Source: Nitrospirae bacterium MYbin3
Lineage (GTDB): Bacteria; Nitrospirota; Thermodesulfovibrionia; Thermodesulfovibrionales; Dissulfurispiraceae
Length of the DNA stretch: 64,000 nucleotides
Direction: 5' to 3'
NCBI GenBank assembly: GCA_002753335.1
Contig: PEAD01000007.1
Coordinates: 1-64,000, forward strand
Below the pieces are notes generated by a model. That model had not been told where the DNA came from, ran no database searches, and was given only the letters and a program-made list of their open reading frames with translations. Position 1 is the first letter of the stretch; each line of letters begins with the position of its first letter. Positions 27,909 to 38,076 of the stretch are shown one piece after another. The position numbers were made by a program, and so were the translations under genes.

Positions 27909-28839
27909 AAGCCCTTACAATTGTCTGAACCAGTTTATGTCTTACCACATCCCGCTCAGAGAAATATACTATTTTTATTTCATCGACATCGTTCAAAATT
28001 TTTATAGCCTCTACAAGTCCTGAATTTTTTCCTGTCGGAAGGTCTATCTGTGTTATATCGCCCGTAATCACGGTTTTAGAAGAGAAGCCGAGCCGAGTGA
28101 GATACATCTTCATCTGCTCCGGTGTTGTGTTTTGGGCCTCATCAAGGATAATGAAGGAATCGTTCAGTGTCCTTCCACGCATGAAGGCGAGTGGCGCAAT
28201 CTCGATGATACCGCGCTCCACAAGCTTTGTCGCTTTTTCTATTTCCATCATATCGTAAAGAGCGTCATAAAGCGGCCTCAGATAAGGGCTTACTTTTTCG
28301 GCTATGTCGCCAGGAAGAAAGCCCAATTTTTCTCCCGCCTCTACAGCCGGCCGTACAAGCACAATTCTAGATATCTGCTTTGTCAAAAAGGCGTTTACTG
28401 CCATCGCCATTGCAAGGTATGTCTTGCCTGTGCCTGCCGGTCCGATTCCGAAAACAATATCATGTTTTTTCACCGCATCGATATAGCGGCGCTGGTTTTG
28501 GGTTTTTGGAAGTATAAAGCGTTTTTTGGATGAGACCGCAATGTTGGTGGAAAAAAGGCTTTTTAAAGAAAGCTCTTCCCCCTCTTTTAACGAGCGGATT
28601 GCATAGGATATGTCTTCAGGTTTCAGACAGTATCCTTCGGAGTTTATTCCGCGCATCTCCTGTACCAGCTTTTCGGCAGTGTCGGTTTTTCCATTATCTC
28701 CCTGCAGGATCAGTTTATTTCCTCTTACGCTGATTGCAACTCCGAGAGTCTCTTCGATAACCCTAAATGTTTTATCAAGACCGCCGTGAAGAAAAGGGTA
28801 TTCTCTCTCTTCGTCTAAAATCAGCTCAATGGTTTTCGT
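27865..28839 (-). CDS. phoH: PhoH-family ATPase (YbeZ-like); apparent non-canonical start
   Basis: GPAGTGKT, RPAVEAGEKLGFLPG, RGRT, DEAQN, GDITQIDL; frame stays open 61 codons upstream of the first ATG (28656) to an ACG at 28839 preceded by GGAGG. Confidence 0.88.
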   Translation of the reverse strand, partial: TKTIELILDEEREYPFLHGGLDKTFRVIEETLGVAISVRGNKLILQGDNGKTDTAEKLVQEMRGINSEGYCLKPEDISYAIRSLKEGEELSLKSLFSTNIAVSSKKRFILPKTQNQRRYIDAVKKHDIVFGIGPAGTGKTYLAMAMAVNAFLTKQISRIVLVRPAVEAGEKLGFLPGDIAEKVSPYLRPLYDALYDMMEIEKATKLVERGIIEIAPLAFMRGRTLNDSFIILDEAQNTTPEQMKMYLTRLGFSSKTVITGDITQIDLPTGKNSGLVEAIKILNDVDEIKIVYFSERDVVRHKLVQTIVRAYERYEKRLTEDGSN

Positions 28840-28877
28840 AGCGCCTCCATGAAAAGTTCAAGGAATTGGGAAGTGAG

Positions 28878-29669
28878 TTACTGTTTTACCGCAACAAAGT
28901 TAGGCAGGCCGGTCTGCTTTTGAAACTCTGCCGCCGCTTTTTCAGCCTCTTTTCTGTTTTTGTATGAGCCGGTTCTTACTCTGTAGTAAGGATCGCCTTC
29001 AGCACGTTCGGTTATGTAGGCATTGATTTTTTTAGATTTGAGCGACTGGGCAAGCTGTGATGCGCCTTCGCTGCTTGGAAAGGCTCCGAACTGAACAGTA
29101 TAAACCTTTTTTGGTGCTGCAGCGTCCTGTTTCGTTTCAGTTTTTTCTGCCTTTGCAGAAGCTGCCGGCTGTTTTGCCTCTTCTATTGGAGCTTCGGCCG
29201 TCTTTTTTGCAGCGCGTTTTTCTTTAAGAGTTTTTGCAACAGGTTTCTCAGCCGCAGGTTCGGGCTCTAATATTTGTCCGGTCTTTTTCTCTTTTAGTTC
29301 ACGATCTCTTTGGGCTGCCTTTGGGCTGCGATCCTGAGGTTTTTTTGTTGGAGGTTCATCTTTAATGACAGGCTGTTCAGGCTCTTTTTGTTCTTCAAGG
29401 GCGGCTGCTTGCTGCTGAGTATTAGGTGCTACAGGAAGAACCGGAGCATCGCCTGAGGGGGATACGATAACTTTTTTCTCTTCAGCAGGGAGCGGCAGTT
29501 TTGTTTCGGTTGTGTTTTGCAATTTATCGCCAATGCCGAGCAGCCCACCCTTGTACCCAAGCAGATAGCCCAAACCCAATCCGAACACGGTGATCACAAG
29601 AGCGCCGATTATTACGGTATTGCGACTGAGGAGTAAAATTGAGGACTTTTCTGTTATCCTGCCCCTCAT
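28878..29669 (-). CDS. SPOR domain protein (FtsN/DedD-like architecture)
   Basis: N-terminal TM, Pro/Lys/Ala-rich linker, YTVQFGAF..YRVRTGSY. Confidence 0.88.
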   Translation of the reverse strand: MRGRITEKSSILLLSRNTVIIGALVITVFGLGLGYLLGYKGGLLGIGDKLQNTTETKLPLPAEEKKVIVSPSGDAPVLPVAPNTQQQAAALEEQKEPEQPVIKDEPPTKKPQDRSPKAAQRDRELKEKKTGQILEPEPAAEKPVAKTLKEKRAAKKTAEAPIEEAKQPAASAKAEKTETKQDAAAPKKVYTVQFGAFPSSEGASQLAQSLKSKKINAYITERAEGDPYYRVRTGSYKNRKEAEKAAAEFQKQTGLPNFVAVKQ

Positions 29670-30712
29670 AATAAAAGTAGCATAGCATCACCATAGGAGA
29701 AAAATCTATAATCTCCGGACAATGCCTCCTTGTAGCTTTTTTGTATATTTTTCAAACCTATAAAGGCTGATGCAAGCATCAACGGTGTTGATTTGGGAAG
29801 GTGAAAATTAGTTATCAGACCGTCAACCGCTTTGAAAGCATAATTCGGATAGATAAAAATATCTGTATATCCCCGCACTTTGCCGTTTGCTGGGCCAAGG
29901 GCATCAAATCTTCCGCTCATAAATCCCTCAATCGCTCTGGTTGCTGTTGTGCCGGTTGCAATCAGCCGTTTATTGTTTTGCTTGGCTTTTATTATTTCCT
30001 CAGGCAGACTTGCATCCATCTCAAAATATTCCGGGGCCATTCTGTGTTCAGAAACAACTTCGGTTTTTATAGGCGTAAAAGTCCCTGTGCCGACATGCAA
30101 TGTCAACATTCTAATAACAACGCCTTTGCTCCTGAGGGCTGCTAACAACTCATCAGTAAAATGCATGCCTGCTGTTGGAGCTGCGATAGAACCTTCATTT
30201 TCGGCATACACCGTCTGGTATCGCTCTTTATCATGGCTGTCTGGGCTTCGTTTTATGTAAGGAGGAAGCGGCATCTCTCCATGCTCCCAAAGAGTTTTAA
30301 CAATTTTTGATGGTTCGATATCCAAAAACCTCAGAAACCGTTTGGTTTCTGTTTTAGCATCATTTTTTTCGGACCATATTTCGACATTGAAGTTATTTCC
30401 GAATGTTGCTTTGCCGCTGAACTGGCCTTTAAACAAAACTTCCCACACATCATCATTTGTTTGCTTCACGAGGATTAGATCGAGTTTTCCACCCGAAGGC
30501 TTGCGGCATATTATTCTTGCAGGGAAAACCTTTGTATTGTTTAGAAGCAATAAATCACCTGTGTTGAAATAGGAAACAATATCAGAAAAAGATTTGTGTT
30601 CGGTTTTACCGTTGCTGTGCAGAACAAGCAGTCGGGATTGGTCTCTTTTGTCGGCCGGTCTCAACGCAATGCATTCAGGCGGAAGGCAAAAGTCGAAATC
30701 AGCGATTTCCAT
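29666..30712 (-). CDS. queA: SAM:tRNA ribosyltransferase-isomerase
   Basis: NNTKVFPAR, PLPPYI, YQTVYA, AAPTAGMHF, TNFHLPKST, YRFFSYGDAM. Confidence 0.96.
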   Translation of the reverse strand: MEIADFDFCLPPECIALRPADKRDQSRLLVLHSNGKTEHKSFSDIVSYFNTGDLLLLNNTKVFPARIICRKPSGGKLDLILVKQTNDDVWEVLFKGQFSGKATFGNNFNVEIWSEKNDAKTETKRFLRFLDIEPSKIVKTLWEHGEMPLPPYIKRSPDSHDKERYQTVYAENEGSIAAPTAGMHFTDELLAALRSKGVVIRMLTLHVGTGTFTPIKTEVVSEHRMAPEYFEMDASLPEEIIKAKQNNKRLIATGTTATRAIEGFMSGRFDALGPANGKVRGYTDIFIYPNYAFKAVDGLITNFHLPKSTPLMLASAFIGLKNIQKSYKEALSGDYRFFSYGDAMLLLL

Positions 30713-31718
30713 AAAGTTCTATTGTGGTTGAGGGGTAAAAAGTTGCGAGAATTTCTTTGTAGTTCTTTCCTGATTTTGCCATCTGGAGTGCCGACCATTG
30801 GCACATGCCTACACCGTGGCCGTATCCTTTGCCTTCAAAAATAAAGGTGTCGTTGTCTTTTCGCAGGTTTGTTATAAGAGTACTTGGGAGCTTGTCCCAG
30901 CCTATATTTTTTCGCAGATCCTTTGCCGGAATAATATGCTCTTTGCCTTCGGCGATGAATTTCAGGTTGCGCACTCTGTTAGAAACCGTAAAAGAGTCTA
31001 TTGATATTTCTTCAAGAGCCTTTATATTGGTCGCTTTTTGAATATCCTGCAGCGCAATTCTTTTTTCCCACAGATAAAAAGGCGATATCTCACAATTTGT
31101 TGAAACAGGCTTCAGATAGGGGTAGCTTTTCCCAAAAACTTCTGCGGGATCTTCGGTTATTCCTCCGCTTGTAGAATGATAATATGCGATTATGGGTTTG
31201 CCTTCGAATGTTAAAATTTCTCCTACAGTTTCTTTAACGGCACGGGAAATGTTTTCATGCACGCTGCCGCCTTTATAGACCTGATGAAGAACGGAGGAGG
31301 TGAGGTGGTAAGAAATCTTGTTTTTCCCTCCGTTCTGTTTTTGTGTCAAAGCATACGTGCGGGCAACCACCGCCTGTGCTTTCAATGCCTCTATATCCCA
31401 GCTGCTGCCAACCTCGGCCGCAACTACGCCTTTGATGTACTCCTCAAACGGAAGCTCATTAATAACATAAAGCCCGTTATCGCCCCGCCATACTTCAAGA
31501 ACCCCCGAATATTTCATGCCTCCCAGCAGTGCAGACCCCTTGCCGTTTCCCAGCCTTTCGACCCGCTCATTTTTCTGGGGCAGCTTCGAATTTTTAGCGT
31601 CTAGAAGGAGAACCCTTATTGTATCCGCAAACGCAGTTCCGAAACTAAAAAAGAAGAGTGCTAAAGAAATAGTTGCCGCGATAAAAATCCTGGACAATGC
31701 AAAGTCGATTTTAAACAT
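30699..31718 (-). CDS. SpoIID/LytB-family lytic transglycosylase
   Basis: EEYIKGVVAAE, EALKAQAVVARTYA, YHSTSGG, GYGHGVGMCQ; start set at ATG 31718 after GGAGG. Confidence 0.9.
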   Translation of the reverse strand: MFKIDFALSRIFIAATISLALFFFSFGTAFADTIRVLLLDAKNSKLPQKNERVERLGNGKGSALLGGMKYSGVLEVWRGDNGLYVINELPFEEYIKGVVAAEVGSSWDIEALKAQAVVARTYALTQKQNGGKNKISYHLTSSVLHQVYKGGSVHENISRAVKETVGEILTFEGKPIIAYYHSTSGGITEDPAEVFGKSYPYLKPVSTNCEISPFYLWEKRIALQDIQKATNIKALEEISIDSFTVSNRVRNLKFIAEGKEHIIPAKDLRKNIGWDKLPSTLITNLRKDNDTFIFEGKGYGHGVGMCQWSALQMAKSGKNYKEILATFYPSTTIELYGNR

Positions 31719-31723
31719 AGTTT

Positions 31724-31948
31724 TTATTTCCTCCCTATCAGCCAGAACAAAAACGAGAGCACTGCGCTCAATAAAATGCTTGTGGCCAATGGAAAATAGA
31801 ATGTAAAATTCTTTTTTTCGATCATAATATCCCCAGGCAGTTTGCCAAGCCACGGTATTTTCCCGGACAGCATAAGCAAGCCACCTACCGCGGCAAGAAC
31901 TATTCCGCCTATAATCATCGCTTTGCCTATCTGTTCAATGCTGTTCAT
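31724..31948 (-). CDS. DUF2905-like small membrane protein
   Basis: LGKLPGDI..FYFPLATSILLS. Confidence 0.85.
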   Translation of the reverse strand: MNSIEQIGKAMIIGGIVLAAVGGLLMLSGKIPWLGKLPGDIMIEKKNFTFYFPLATSILLSAVLSFLFWLIGRK

Positions 31949-31953
31949 CTGTA

Positions 31954-32496
31954 TCAACTTTTTTGTTTTCCCGAAAGATAGCGTTCCATTTCTGAATATA
32001 TGCAGCCGCAATATTTCTGGCTGTAAAGTCCCAGCTCTTTTGCCTCACTGCGGCCTTTTCTGAAGCCGCTTCTGAAATCCTCGGCCATAAACTCTACCGA
32101 ATATTTGCCTTCAAGCATTTTGCCAATGTCCATAAGCAAATTAAACTTTTGATACGGGCTTACCAAAAGCGAGGAGGTGAAGGCATCTGCGTTTAGCTCC
32201 TTCGCTTTTTTTGCGGTCTCTTCAAGCCGCACCGTATAACAATATTCGCAGCGACCTGATTCTTTGCCCGCCACGTTACGCACAAATTCGGTCAGACCGT
32301 ACTCATCTTTATATTCTAACTCCATAAGCCAAAGTCGCTCAAGCGTTTTTAGAGAAGCGAGCCTGTTTTTATATTCTGTGAACGGATGAATGTTCGGATT
32401 GAACCAGAAACCGGTGATATTTATTCCCCGGTCTTTAAGCGTCGATACAGGATAAACCGCGCAGTTGGAACAACAGATATGCATTAGAAGATTCAT
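31954..32496 (-). CDS. queH: Epoxyqueuosine reductase QueH
   Basis: HICCxxC, NPNIHP..EY, CEYC..RL, QKYCGC; near queA. Confidence 0.88.
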   Translation of the reverse strand: MNLLMHICCSNCAVYPVSTLKDRGINITGFWFNPNIHPFTEYKNRLASLKTLERLWLMELEYKDEYGLTEFVRNVAGKESGRCEYCYTVRLEETAKKAKELNADAFTSSLLVSPYQKFNLLMDIGKMLEGKYSVEFMAEDFRSGFRKGRSEAKELGLYSQKYCGCIYSEMERYLSGKQKS

Positions 32497-32508
32497 TATT
32501 CAGTGGTC

Positions 32509-33531
32509 TTAAAACAGTCCCTGCGGCAGCTTGATCCCTAAATGTTCGTACGCGAATTTTGTGGCGAGTCTGCCGCGCGGGGTCCTTTCGAGCAGGCCTT
32601 CCTGCAGCATAAAAGGCTCATAGACGTCCTCTATGGTTTCCCTGTCCTCTCTTAAGGCGGCTGCGATTGCTTCAACCCCTGCAGGCCCGCCACCGAATTT
32701 TTCTATAATGGTGCGGAGCAGCTTCCGGTCTATTTCATCAAGTCCCAAGTGGTCTATATCAAGGGCATCGAGCGCTTCCTGAGAAATCTTCATGTCGATT
32801 GTTCCATCGCCCCGCACCTGTGCAAAATCTCTGACCCGTTTGAGCACCCTGTTTGCGATTCTCGGAGTGCCGCGCGAACGCTTTGATATTTCCTCTGCAG
32901 CGTCTTTTTTTATTTCGATTTCGAGGAGTCCGGCAGAGCGTGTTACGATTTCGCAAAGCTCTTTCGGGGTGTAGAATTCGAGCCTGCATATCACGCCGAA
33001 CCTGTCTCTGAGCGGGGAGGTGAGCAGCCCTGTTCTTGTGGTTGCGCCTATCAGAGTAAACTTTGGCAGCTCTATTTTAAGTGTTCTTGCACTCGGCCCC
33101 TGCCCGATGATTATATCGAGCTTATAATCCTCCATTGCAGGATACAGCACTTCCTCAACAACTCGCGGCAGTCTATGGATCTCGTCAATAAATAGAATGT
33201 CTCCGGGCGAGAGGTTTGTAAGTATCGCAGCAAGGTCGCCCTGCCGTTCAAGCACAGGGCCGGTGGTGGTCCTGATATTTACTTTGAGCTCATTTGCGAT
33301 GATGGTTGCGAGCGTTGTTTTTCCTAGTCCCGGAGGCCCAAAGAACAGAACATGGTCAAGCGCCTCCTGGCGCATAGTTGCAGCTTGTATAAAGACCTTT
33401 AAATTTTCTTTGATTTTTTCCTGACCAACGAATTCATTGAGGGTGCGCGGCCTGAGAGTTGTCTCGTATTTTATTTCCTCTTCGTCCGCTTCGGGAGCAA
33501 GGGGGCTTATCTGTCCGTCTTCGACTCTCAT
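32509..33531 (-). CDS. ruvB: Holliday junction helicase RuvB
   Basis: [36 protein letters not shown]. Confidence 0.97.
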   Translation of the reverse strand: MRVEDGQISPLAPEADEEEIKYETTLRPRTLNEFVGQEKIKENLKVFIQAATMRQEALDHVLFFGPPGLGKTTLATIIANELKVNIRTTTGPVLERQGDLAAILTNLSPGDILFIDEIHRLPRVVEEVLYPAMEDYKLDIIIGQGPSARTLKIELPKFTLIGATTRTGLLTSPLRDRFGVICRLEFYTPKELCEIVTRSAGLLEIEIKKDAAEEISKRSRGTPRIANRVLKRVRDFAQVRGDGTIDMKISQEALDALDIDHLGLDEIDRKLLRTIIEKFGGGPAGVEAIAAALREDRETIEDVYEPFMLQEGLLERTPRGRLATKFAYEHLGIKLPQGLF

Positions 33532-34103
33532 CGCCCCTCTTTTGTGAGATGCTTAAGCGCTTCTTTAAGCAGGCTTTCGATGTCTCTGATGCCGCTGTTG
33601 TAAGACTTTTCGAGCGCTTCTATGGCAATAGCTTTCTTATACCCTAAATTTACAAGCGCCGAAAGGGTATCATCGTAATTTTTATCTTTCTTTTCCCGCA
33701 GCGAGGGTAGTTTTTCCCTGAGCTCAAGAATGAGCCTGTGAGCTGTTTTCTTCCCTAGTCCCGGAACTCTGCATAGCGTGTCAACATCTTCGGCATCGAT
33801 TGCGGAATAAAAATTATCCGGTCTTATCGTAGATAGAATATTTAGTGCTATTTTAGGGCCTATGCCCGAAACCCCGATAAGTGTAGTAAATATTCGCTTT
33901 TCATCCTCGGTTTGAAACCCGTATAAAATAATCGCGTCTTCTCTGACATGTGTATATATATAAATCGTTACTTCGCGGCCTTCGTCCGGAAGTGAGGAAA
34001 CAAGAGATATTGGAACAAGCACCTGATAGCCCACGCCATTTACGTCAATAATCAGGCTGTCAGGTTTTTTAGAAAAAAGGCGGCCTCTCAAAAATCCGAT
34101 CAT
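33528..34103 (-). CDS. ruvA: Holliday junction branch migration protein RuvA
   Basis: [37 protein letters not shown]. Confidence 0.96.
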   Translation of the reverse strand: MIGFLRGRLFSKKPDSLIIDVNGVGYQVLVPISLVSSLPDEGREVTIYIYTHVREDAIILYGFQTEDEKRIFTTLIGVSGIGPKIALNILSTIRPDNFYSAIDAEDVDTLCRVPGLGKKTAHRLILELREKLPSLREKKDKNYDDTLSALVNLGYKKAIAIEALEKSYNSGIRDIESLLKEALKHLTKEGR

Positions 34104-34189
34104 AGCATTTAGTATAACGCAGTTCGGTCGAACACGTCAGCATCACAAATCGCCTTGCCCGGTATATTTTCGCTGTGTTATCATGACCG

Positions 34190-35389
34190 ATGGAAGTTAA
34201 AAAAATAATCGAAGATTCCGAGCGTTACCTGATGCATACCTACAACCGCTTCCCAATTGTTTTGCGCAAGGGCCGCGGAATGAAGGTTTGGGGTGCTGAT
34301 GGCAAGGAGTACCTCGATTTTATAGCCGGAATCGCCGTAAATATTTTAGGGCATTGCCATCCAAAGGTAGTTGTGGCGATCCAAAAACAGGCACAGCGGC
34401 TTTTGCACGTCTCCAACCTATACCACATAGAACCTCAGATTAAACTGGCCAAGCTTTTAGTAACGCATTCTTTTGCGGATAAAGTCTTTTTTTGCAATTC
34501 CGGTGCTGAAGCTAACGAAGCTGCCATAAAACTGGCGCGCAAATATTCAAAGGACCATGACGGACATAATCGTTATGAGATTATAGCTGCGAAAAATTCA
34601 TTTCACGGCAGGACGTTGGCCACAGTAACCGCTACAGGACAGGAGAAATTTCAGAAAGGTTTTGAGCCGCTTATGCCGGGCTTTAAACATGTCCCTTTTG
34701 ATGATATCGATGCGCTGAACTCAGCCATAAACAAACACACTTGCGCCGTGCTTCTTGAGCCTATTCAGGCAGAGGGCGGAGTGAGGATTCCTAAGGAATC
34801 TTACTTTCAGCAGGTTCGCCAGCTTTGCAATGAGCACAATCTGCTGCTTATTTTGGATGAAGTGCAGACAGGCATGGGCAGGACAGGCAAGCTGTTTGCG
34901 CATGAGCATTACGGAATAACCCCTGACATTATGGCGCTTGCAAAAGGATTGGGCGGCGGGGTTCCTATAGGCGCTATGCTTGCAACCGAGAAGGTGGCGG
35001 CCTCTTTTCAGCCCGGAACGCACGCTTCAACCTTCGGCGGCAATCCGCTAGTATGCGCCGCTGCAATAGCAACTTTTGAAACATTAATGGAAGATGGTTT
35101 TATACTTGACCATTGCAACAGAATGGGAGCCTATTTTCAGGAGAAGCTAAAACAGATAGCAGAAGCTTTGCCTGATAAGGTTGTAAATATCCGAGGCAAG
35201 GGGCTTCTTGTTGGCATGGAGCTGCCTTTTGAAGGCACCGTATTAGTAAAATCCTGTATGGACAGGGGAATGTTGATAAATTGCACCTCCGGCAATGTGC
35301 TTCGTTTTGCGCCGCCGCTGATAGTTGAAGAGCGTGACATAGATAAGCTGGCGGATGTGCTTGAAGAGGTTTTGGATAAGTTCATATGA
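34190..35389 (+). CDS. argD: Acetylornithine aminotransferase
   Basis: NSGAEANEAA, SFHGRT, DEVQTGMGRTG, LAKGLGGG, HASTFGGNP. Confidence 0.95.
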   Translation: MEVKKIIEDSERYLMHTYNRFPIVLRKGRGMKVWGADGKEYLDFIAGIAVNILGHCHPKVVVAIQKQAQRLLHVSNLYHIEPQIKLAKLLVTHSFADKVFFCNSGAEANEAAIKLARKYSKDHDGHNRYEIIAAKNSFHGRTLATVTATGQEKFQKGFEPLMPGFKHVPFDDIDALNSAINKHTCAVLLEPIQAEGGVRIPKESYFQQVRQLCNEHNLLLILDEVQTGMGRTGKLFAHEHYGITPDIMALAKGLGGGVPIGAMLATEKVAASFQPGTHASTFGGNPLVCAAAIATFETLMEDGFILDHCNRMGAYFQEKLKQIAEALPDKVVNIRGKGLLVGMELPFEGTVLVKSCMDRGMLINCTSGNVLRFAPPLIVEERDIDKLADVLEEVLDKFI

Positions 35390-36291
35390 AAAAAGATTTT
35401 TTGAAAATATTCGATGTTTCGCCGAATGAGTTCACAGGCCTTGTTAAAAGGGCGATTGAGTTGAAATCGGGCAAAGATGCAAGCAAATGTCCGCTAATTG
35501 GAAAGAGTATCGGACTTTTTTTTGAGAAGCCTTCAACTCGTACAAGGGTTTCTTTTGAGGTCGGCATTTACCAACTTGGCGGCCAGACAATATATTTGAA
35601 CCCCAAGGAGATACAGTTGGGCAGAGGAGAAACCATTGCCGACACAGCTAAAGTGCTTTCGCGGTACTTGAGTGCGATAGTCCTTAGAACCTACACGCAC
35701 GCTACGGTTGCGGAGTTTGCAAAGCATGCGACTGTGCCTGTGATAAACGGACTTTCTGATATGCATCACCCCTGTCAGGCCCTTGCGGACTTGATGACTA
35801 TACTTGAAAAAAGAGGGCGGCTCGAAGGCGTGCGGGTAGCCTTTATTGGCGACGGAAACAATGTAGCCAATTCATTGATAGAGGCTGCTGCGCTGACAGG
35901 AATGGAGCTTGCGCTTGCATGTCCTGAAGGCTTCGAACCGAACGCCGAGATTATCGATTATGCAAGGGGAAAATACAAAAGCAATATAACTGTAGTGAGG
36001 AGGCCTGAAGAAGCGGTTGGTATGGCGGATGTTGTTTATACCGATGTCTGGGTGAGCATGGGGCAGGAAGACGGCGCCGACAAGAAAAAAGAAAAATTCC
36101 GAAATTATCAGATAAACAGCAATCTGCTAAAACAAGCAAAAAAGGATGTTGTTGTCCTTCATTGCCTGCCGGCATACCGCGGCTCCGAGATAACTGATGA
36201 GGTTATGGACGGTCCTCATAGTGCGGTATTTGATCAGGCAGAAAATAGGCTTCATACAGAAAAAGCGCTTTTGGAGTTTCTTATAAAATAA
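35386..36291 (+). CDS. argF: Ornithine carbamoyltransferase
   Basis: STRTR, HPCQ, DVWVSMG, HCLP, QAENR. Confidence 0.96.
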   Translation: MKKDFLKIFDVSPNEFTGLVKRAIELKSGKDASKCPLIGKSIGLFFEKPSTRTRVSFEVGIYQLGGQTIYLNPKEIQLGRGETIADTAKVLSRYLSAIVLRTYTHATVAEFAKHATVPVINGLSDMHHPCQALADLMTILEKRGRLEGVRVAFIGDGNNVANSLIEAAALTGMELALACPEGFEPNAEIIDYARGKYKSNITVVRRPEEAVGMADVVYTDVWVSMGQEDGADKKKEKFRNYQINSNLLKQAKKDVVVLHCLPAYRGSEITDEVMDGPHSAVFDQAENRLHTEKALLEFLIK

Positions 36292-36343
36292 GTCTGTCCG
36301 GACGCAGCCCTTCCGGTGCGGATATGCCTGAAAGGAGAGTTAA

Positions 36344-36793
36344 ATGCTTAAAGCTAGAGATATCATGTCCACCAATACCATCACCGTATCTCCCGATGCG
36401 ACGGTTGGAACCCTCGCAAAGATTTTTGTCGAAAACAGGATAAGCGGTGCGCCTGTTGTTGACAGCAGCGGAAGCATTTGCGGCATCGTAACCGAGAACG
36501 ATCTGATAAGCCAAAACAAGCGGCTGCATATTCCTACGGTGCTCAGAATTTTTGATGCTTTTATAATGCTCGAAAGTCCTGCAAAGATCGAAAAAGAGAT
36601 GCAGAAAATGACCGCGACAACAGCTGGCGAAATTTGCACCAAGGATGTGATTACGGTTTCTGAAGAAACCCCGCTGGAAGAGGTTGCCACTATAATGGCA
36701 GAAAAGAAGATACATCTTGTTCCTGTGGTTGAAGGCAAGAAAATTAAGGGCATAATAGGGAAGATCGACCTGATAAAAGCGCTGGCCAAATAG
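36344..36793 (+). CDS. CBS-domain pair protein
   Basis: ISGAPVVD..GIVTENDL; VPVV..GIIGKIDL. Confidence 0.88.
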   Translation: MLKARDIMSTNTITVSPDATVGTLAKIFVENRISGAPVVDSSGSICGIVTENDLISQNKRLHIPTVLRIFDAFIMLESPAKIEKEMQKMTATTAGEICTKDVITVSEETPLEEVATIMAEKKIHLVPVVEGKKIKGIIGKIDLIKALAK

Positions 36794-36797
36794 CGCG

Positions 36798-37250
36798 GTG
36801 GAAAAAGTTCTGAAGCTTTTATCCGAATCCGAAAGCGAAACGGTAGCTTTCGGGCGCAAGATTGGCGAATATGCAAAAGGCAAAAAAATTCCTGTTTGTT
36901 TGTACGGCGACTTGGGAGCAGGTAAGACAACACTGATAAAAGGCATAGGCTCGGCGTTTGGCATATCTGAGCGGGACATTTGCAGCGCAAGTTTTTTGAT
37001 AGTTGCCGAGCATGAATCTGTTCCGCCTTTGTATCATATTGACTTATACAGAATCGAAGGCAGAGAAGCTTTGCATGAGCTGGGGATATGGGAATATCTT
37101 GAGGGTGAAGGCGTTGCGGTGGTTGAGTGGGCCGAGAGGCTTGAAGACCGCCCGCCCAGAGCATTGGCATTATTTATAAAAGCGGACGGGATGGACAGGC
37201 GCCTAATAACGATAGAGGATTTTGATGAAGAAGATTGGAATAATCTGTAA
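36798..37250 (+). CDS. tsaE: tRNA t6A biosynthesis ATPase TsaE
   Basis: GDLGAGKT, YHIDLYR, VEWAE. Confidence 0.92.
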   Translation: MEKVLKLLSESESETVAFGRKIGEYAKGKKIPVCLYGDLGAGKTTLIKGIGSAFGISERDICSASFLIVAEHESVPPLYHIDLYRIEGREALHELGIWEYLEGEGVAVVEWAERLEDRPPRALALFIKADGMDRRLITIEDFDEEDWNNL

Positions 37251-38076
37251 GGCCGGCCGGCCAGAACCTGCAGAAATAGCAAAAACATTTTTGCCGTGGC
37301 TTAAGGAGCGCGGCTGCGAAATTTTTCTTGAAGATGGCGTGGCAAAACCTTTGGGGATGCGGGGTACAGCGCGAGAGGAAATGCCGGATATCTGTGATAT
37401 TCTTGTAGTGCTCGGCGGAGATGGAACAATGCTGAGCGTTGCGAGGCTTGCGATCGGCAGAGATGTTAAAATCCTCGGTGTGAATTTAGGCGGCCTAGGT
37501 TTTATCACCGAATTCAATAAAGAAGAACTTCATGCATCTATGGCAAAGGTGCTTTCGGGGAAATGCCCCTATGAAAATCGGATAATGCTGTCAACAACTG
37601 TTCACAGAGAAGACAACCAAATATTCGACTCGATAGTGTTTAACGATGTTGTGATCAACAAAGGGGCGCTTGCCAGAATAATCGATATCGAAACCTATGT
37701 CAACGATCTCTATGTTACAACCTTTAAGGCGGACGGCCTGATAATCTCATCGCCTACCGGCTCTACAGCATATTCTCTATCGGCCGGCGGCCCCATTTTG
37801 TATCCCACACTCAACAGCATAGTTATGACTCCGATATGTCCGCATACTCTTACGAACAGACCGATAGTGCTTCCGGACGATTTTGCGGTTGAGTTGATTA
37901 TGCGCTCCGATACCGAGGATGTTTTCCTGACTCTCGACGGGCAGTCCGGTTTTCCCTTAAAAAAAGATGATGTGATAGAGGTTAAGAAATCTGTTTATAC
38001 AACAAAGATACTCATTCCTTGCGACAGGGATTATTTTCAGGTGCTGAGGACAAAGCTCAAGTGGGGGGAAAGATAG
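37225..38076 (+). CDS. nadK: NAD(+) kinase
   Basis: GGDGT, DGLIISSPTGSTAYSLSAGG, PICPH. Confidence 0.95.
   Translation: MKKIGIICKAGRPEPAEIAKTFLPWLKERGCEIFLEDGVAKPLGMRGTAREEMPDICDILVVLGGDGTMLSVARLAIGRDVKILGVNLGGLGFITEFNKEELHASMAKVLSGKCPYENRIMLSTTVHREDNQIFDSIVFNDVVINKGALARIIDIETYVNDLYVTTFKADGLIISSPTGSTAYSLSAGGPILYPTLNSIVMTPICPHTLTNRPIVLPDDFAVELIMRSDTEDVFLTLDGQSGFPLKKDDVIEVKKSVYTTKILIPCDRDYFQVLRTKLKWGER

Noticed and set aside
30699..31853. ORF-track N-terminal extensions (SpoIID from 31853; likewise ybeY 26401, purC 57085, holB 2334)
   Set aside because: They overlap upstream genes; downstream ATGs with an RBS or family-typical N-termini fit better
31954..32496. Possible selenocysteine in QueH or other redox proteins
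   Set aside because: Cys motifs are intact with no in-frame TGA; no readthrough candidate seen
36281..37170. Two long antisense ORFs (232 and 276 aa) over CBS/tsaE
   Set aside because: Opposite recognised genes; no recognisable features
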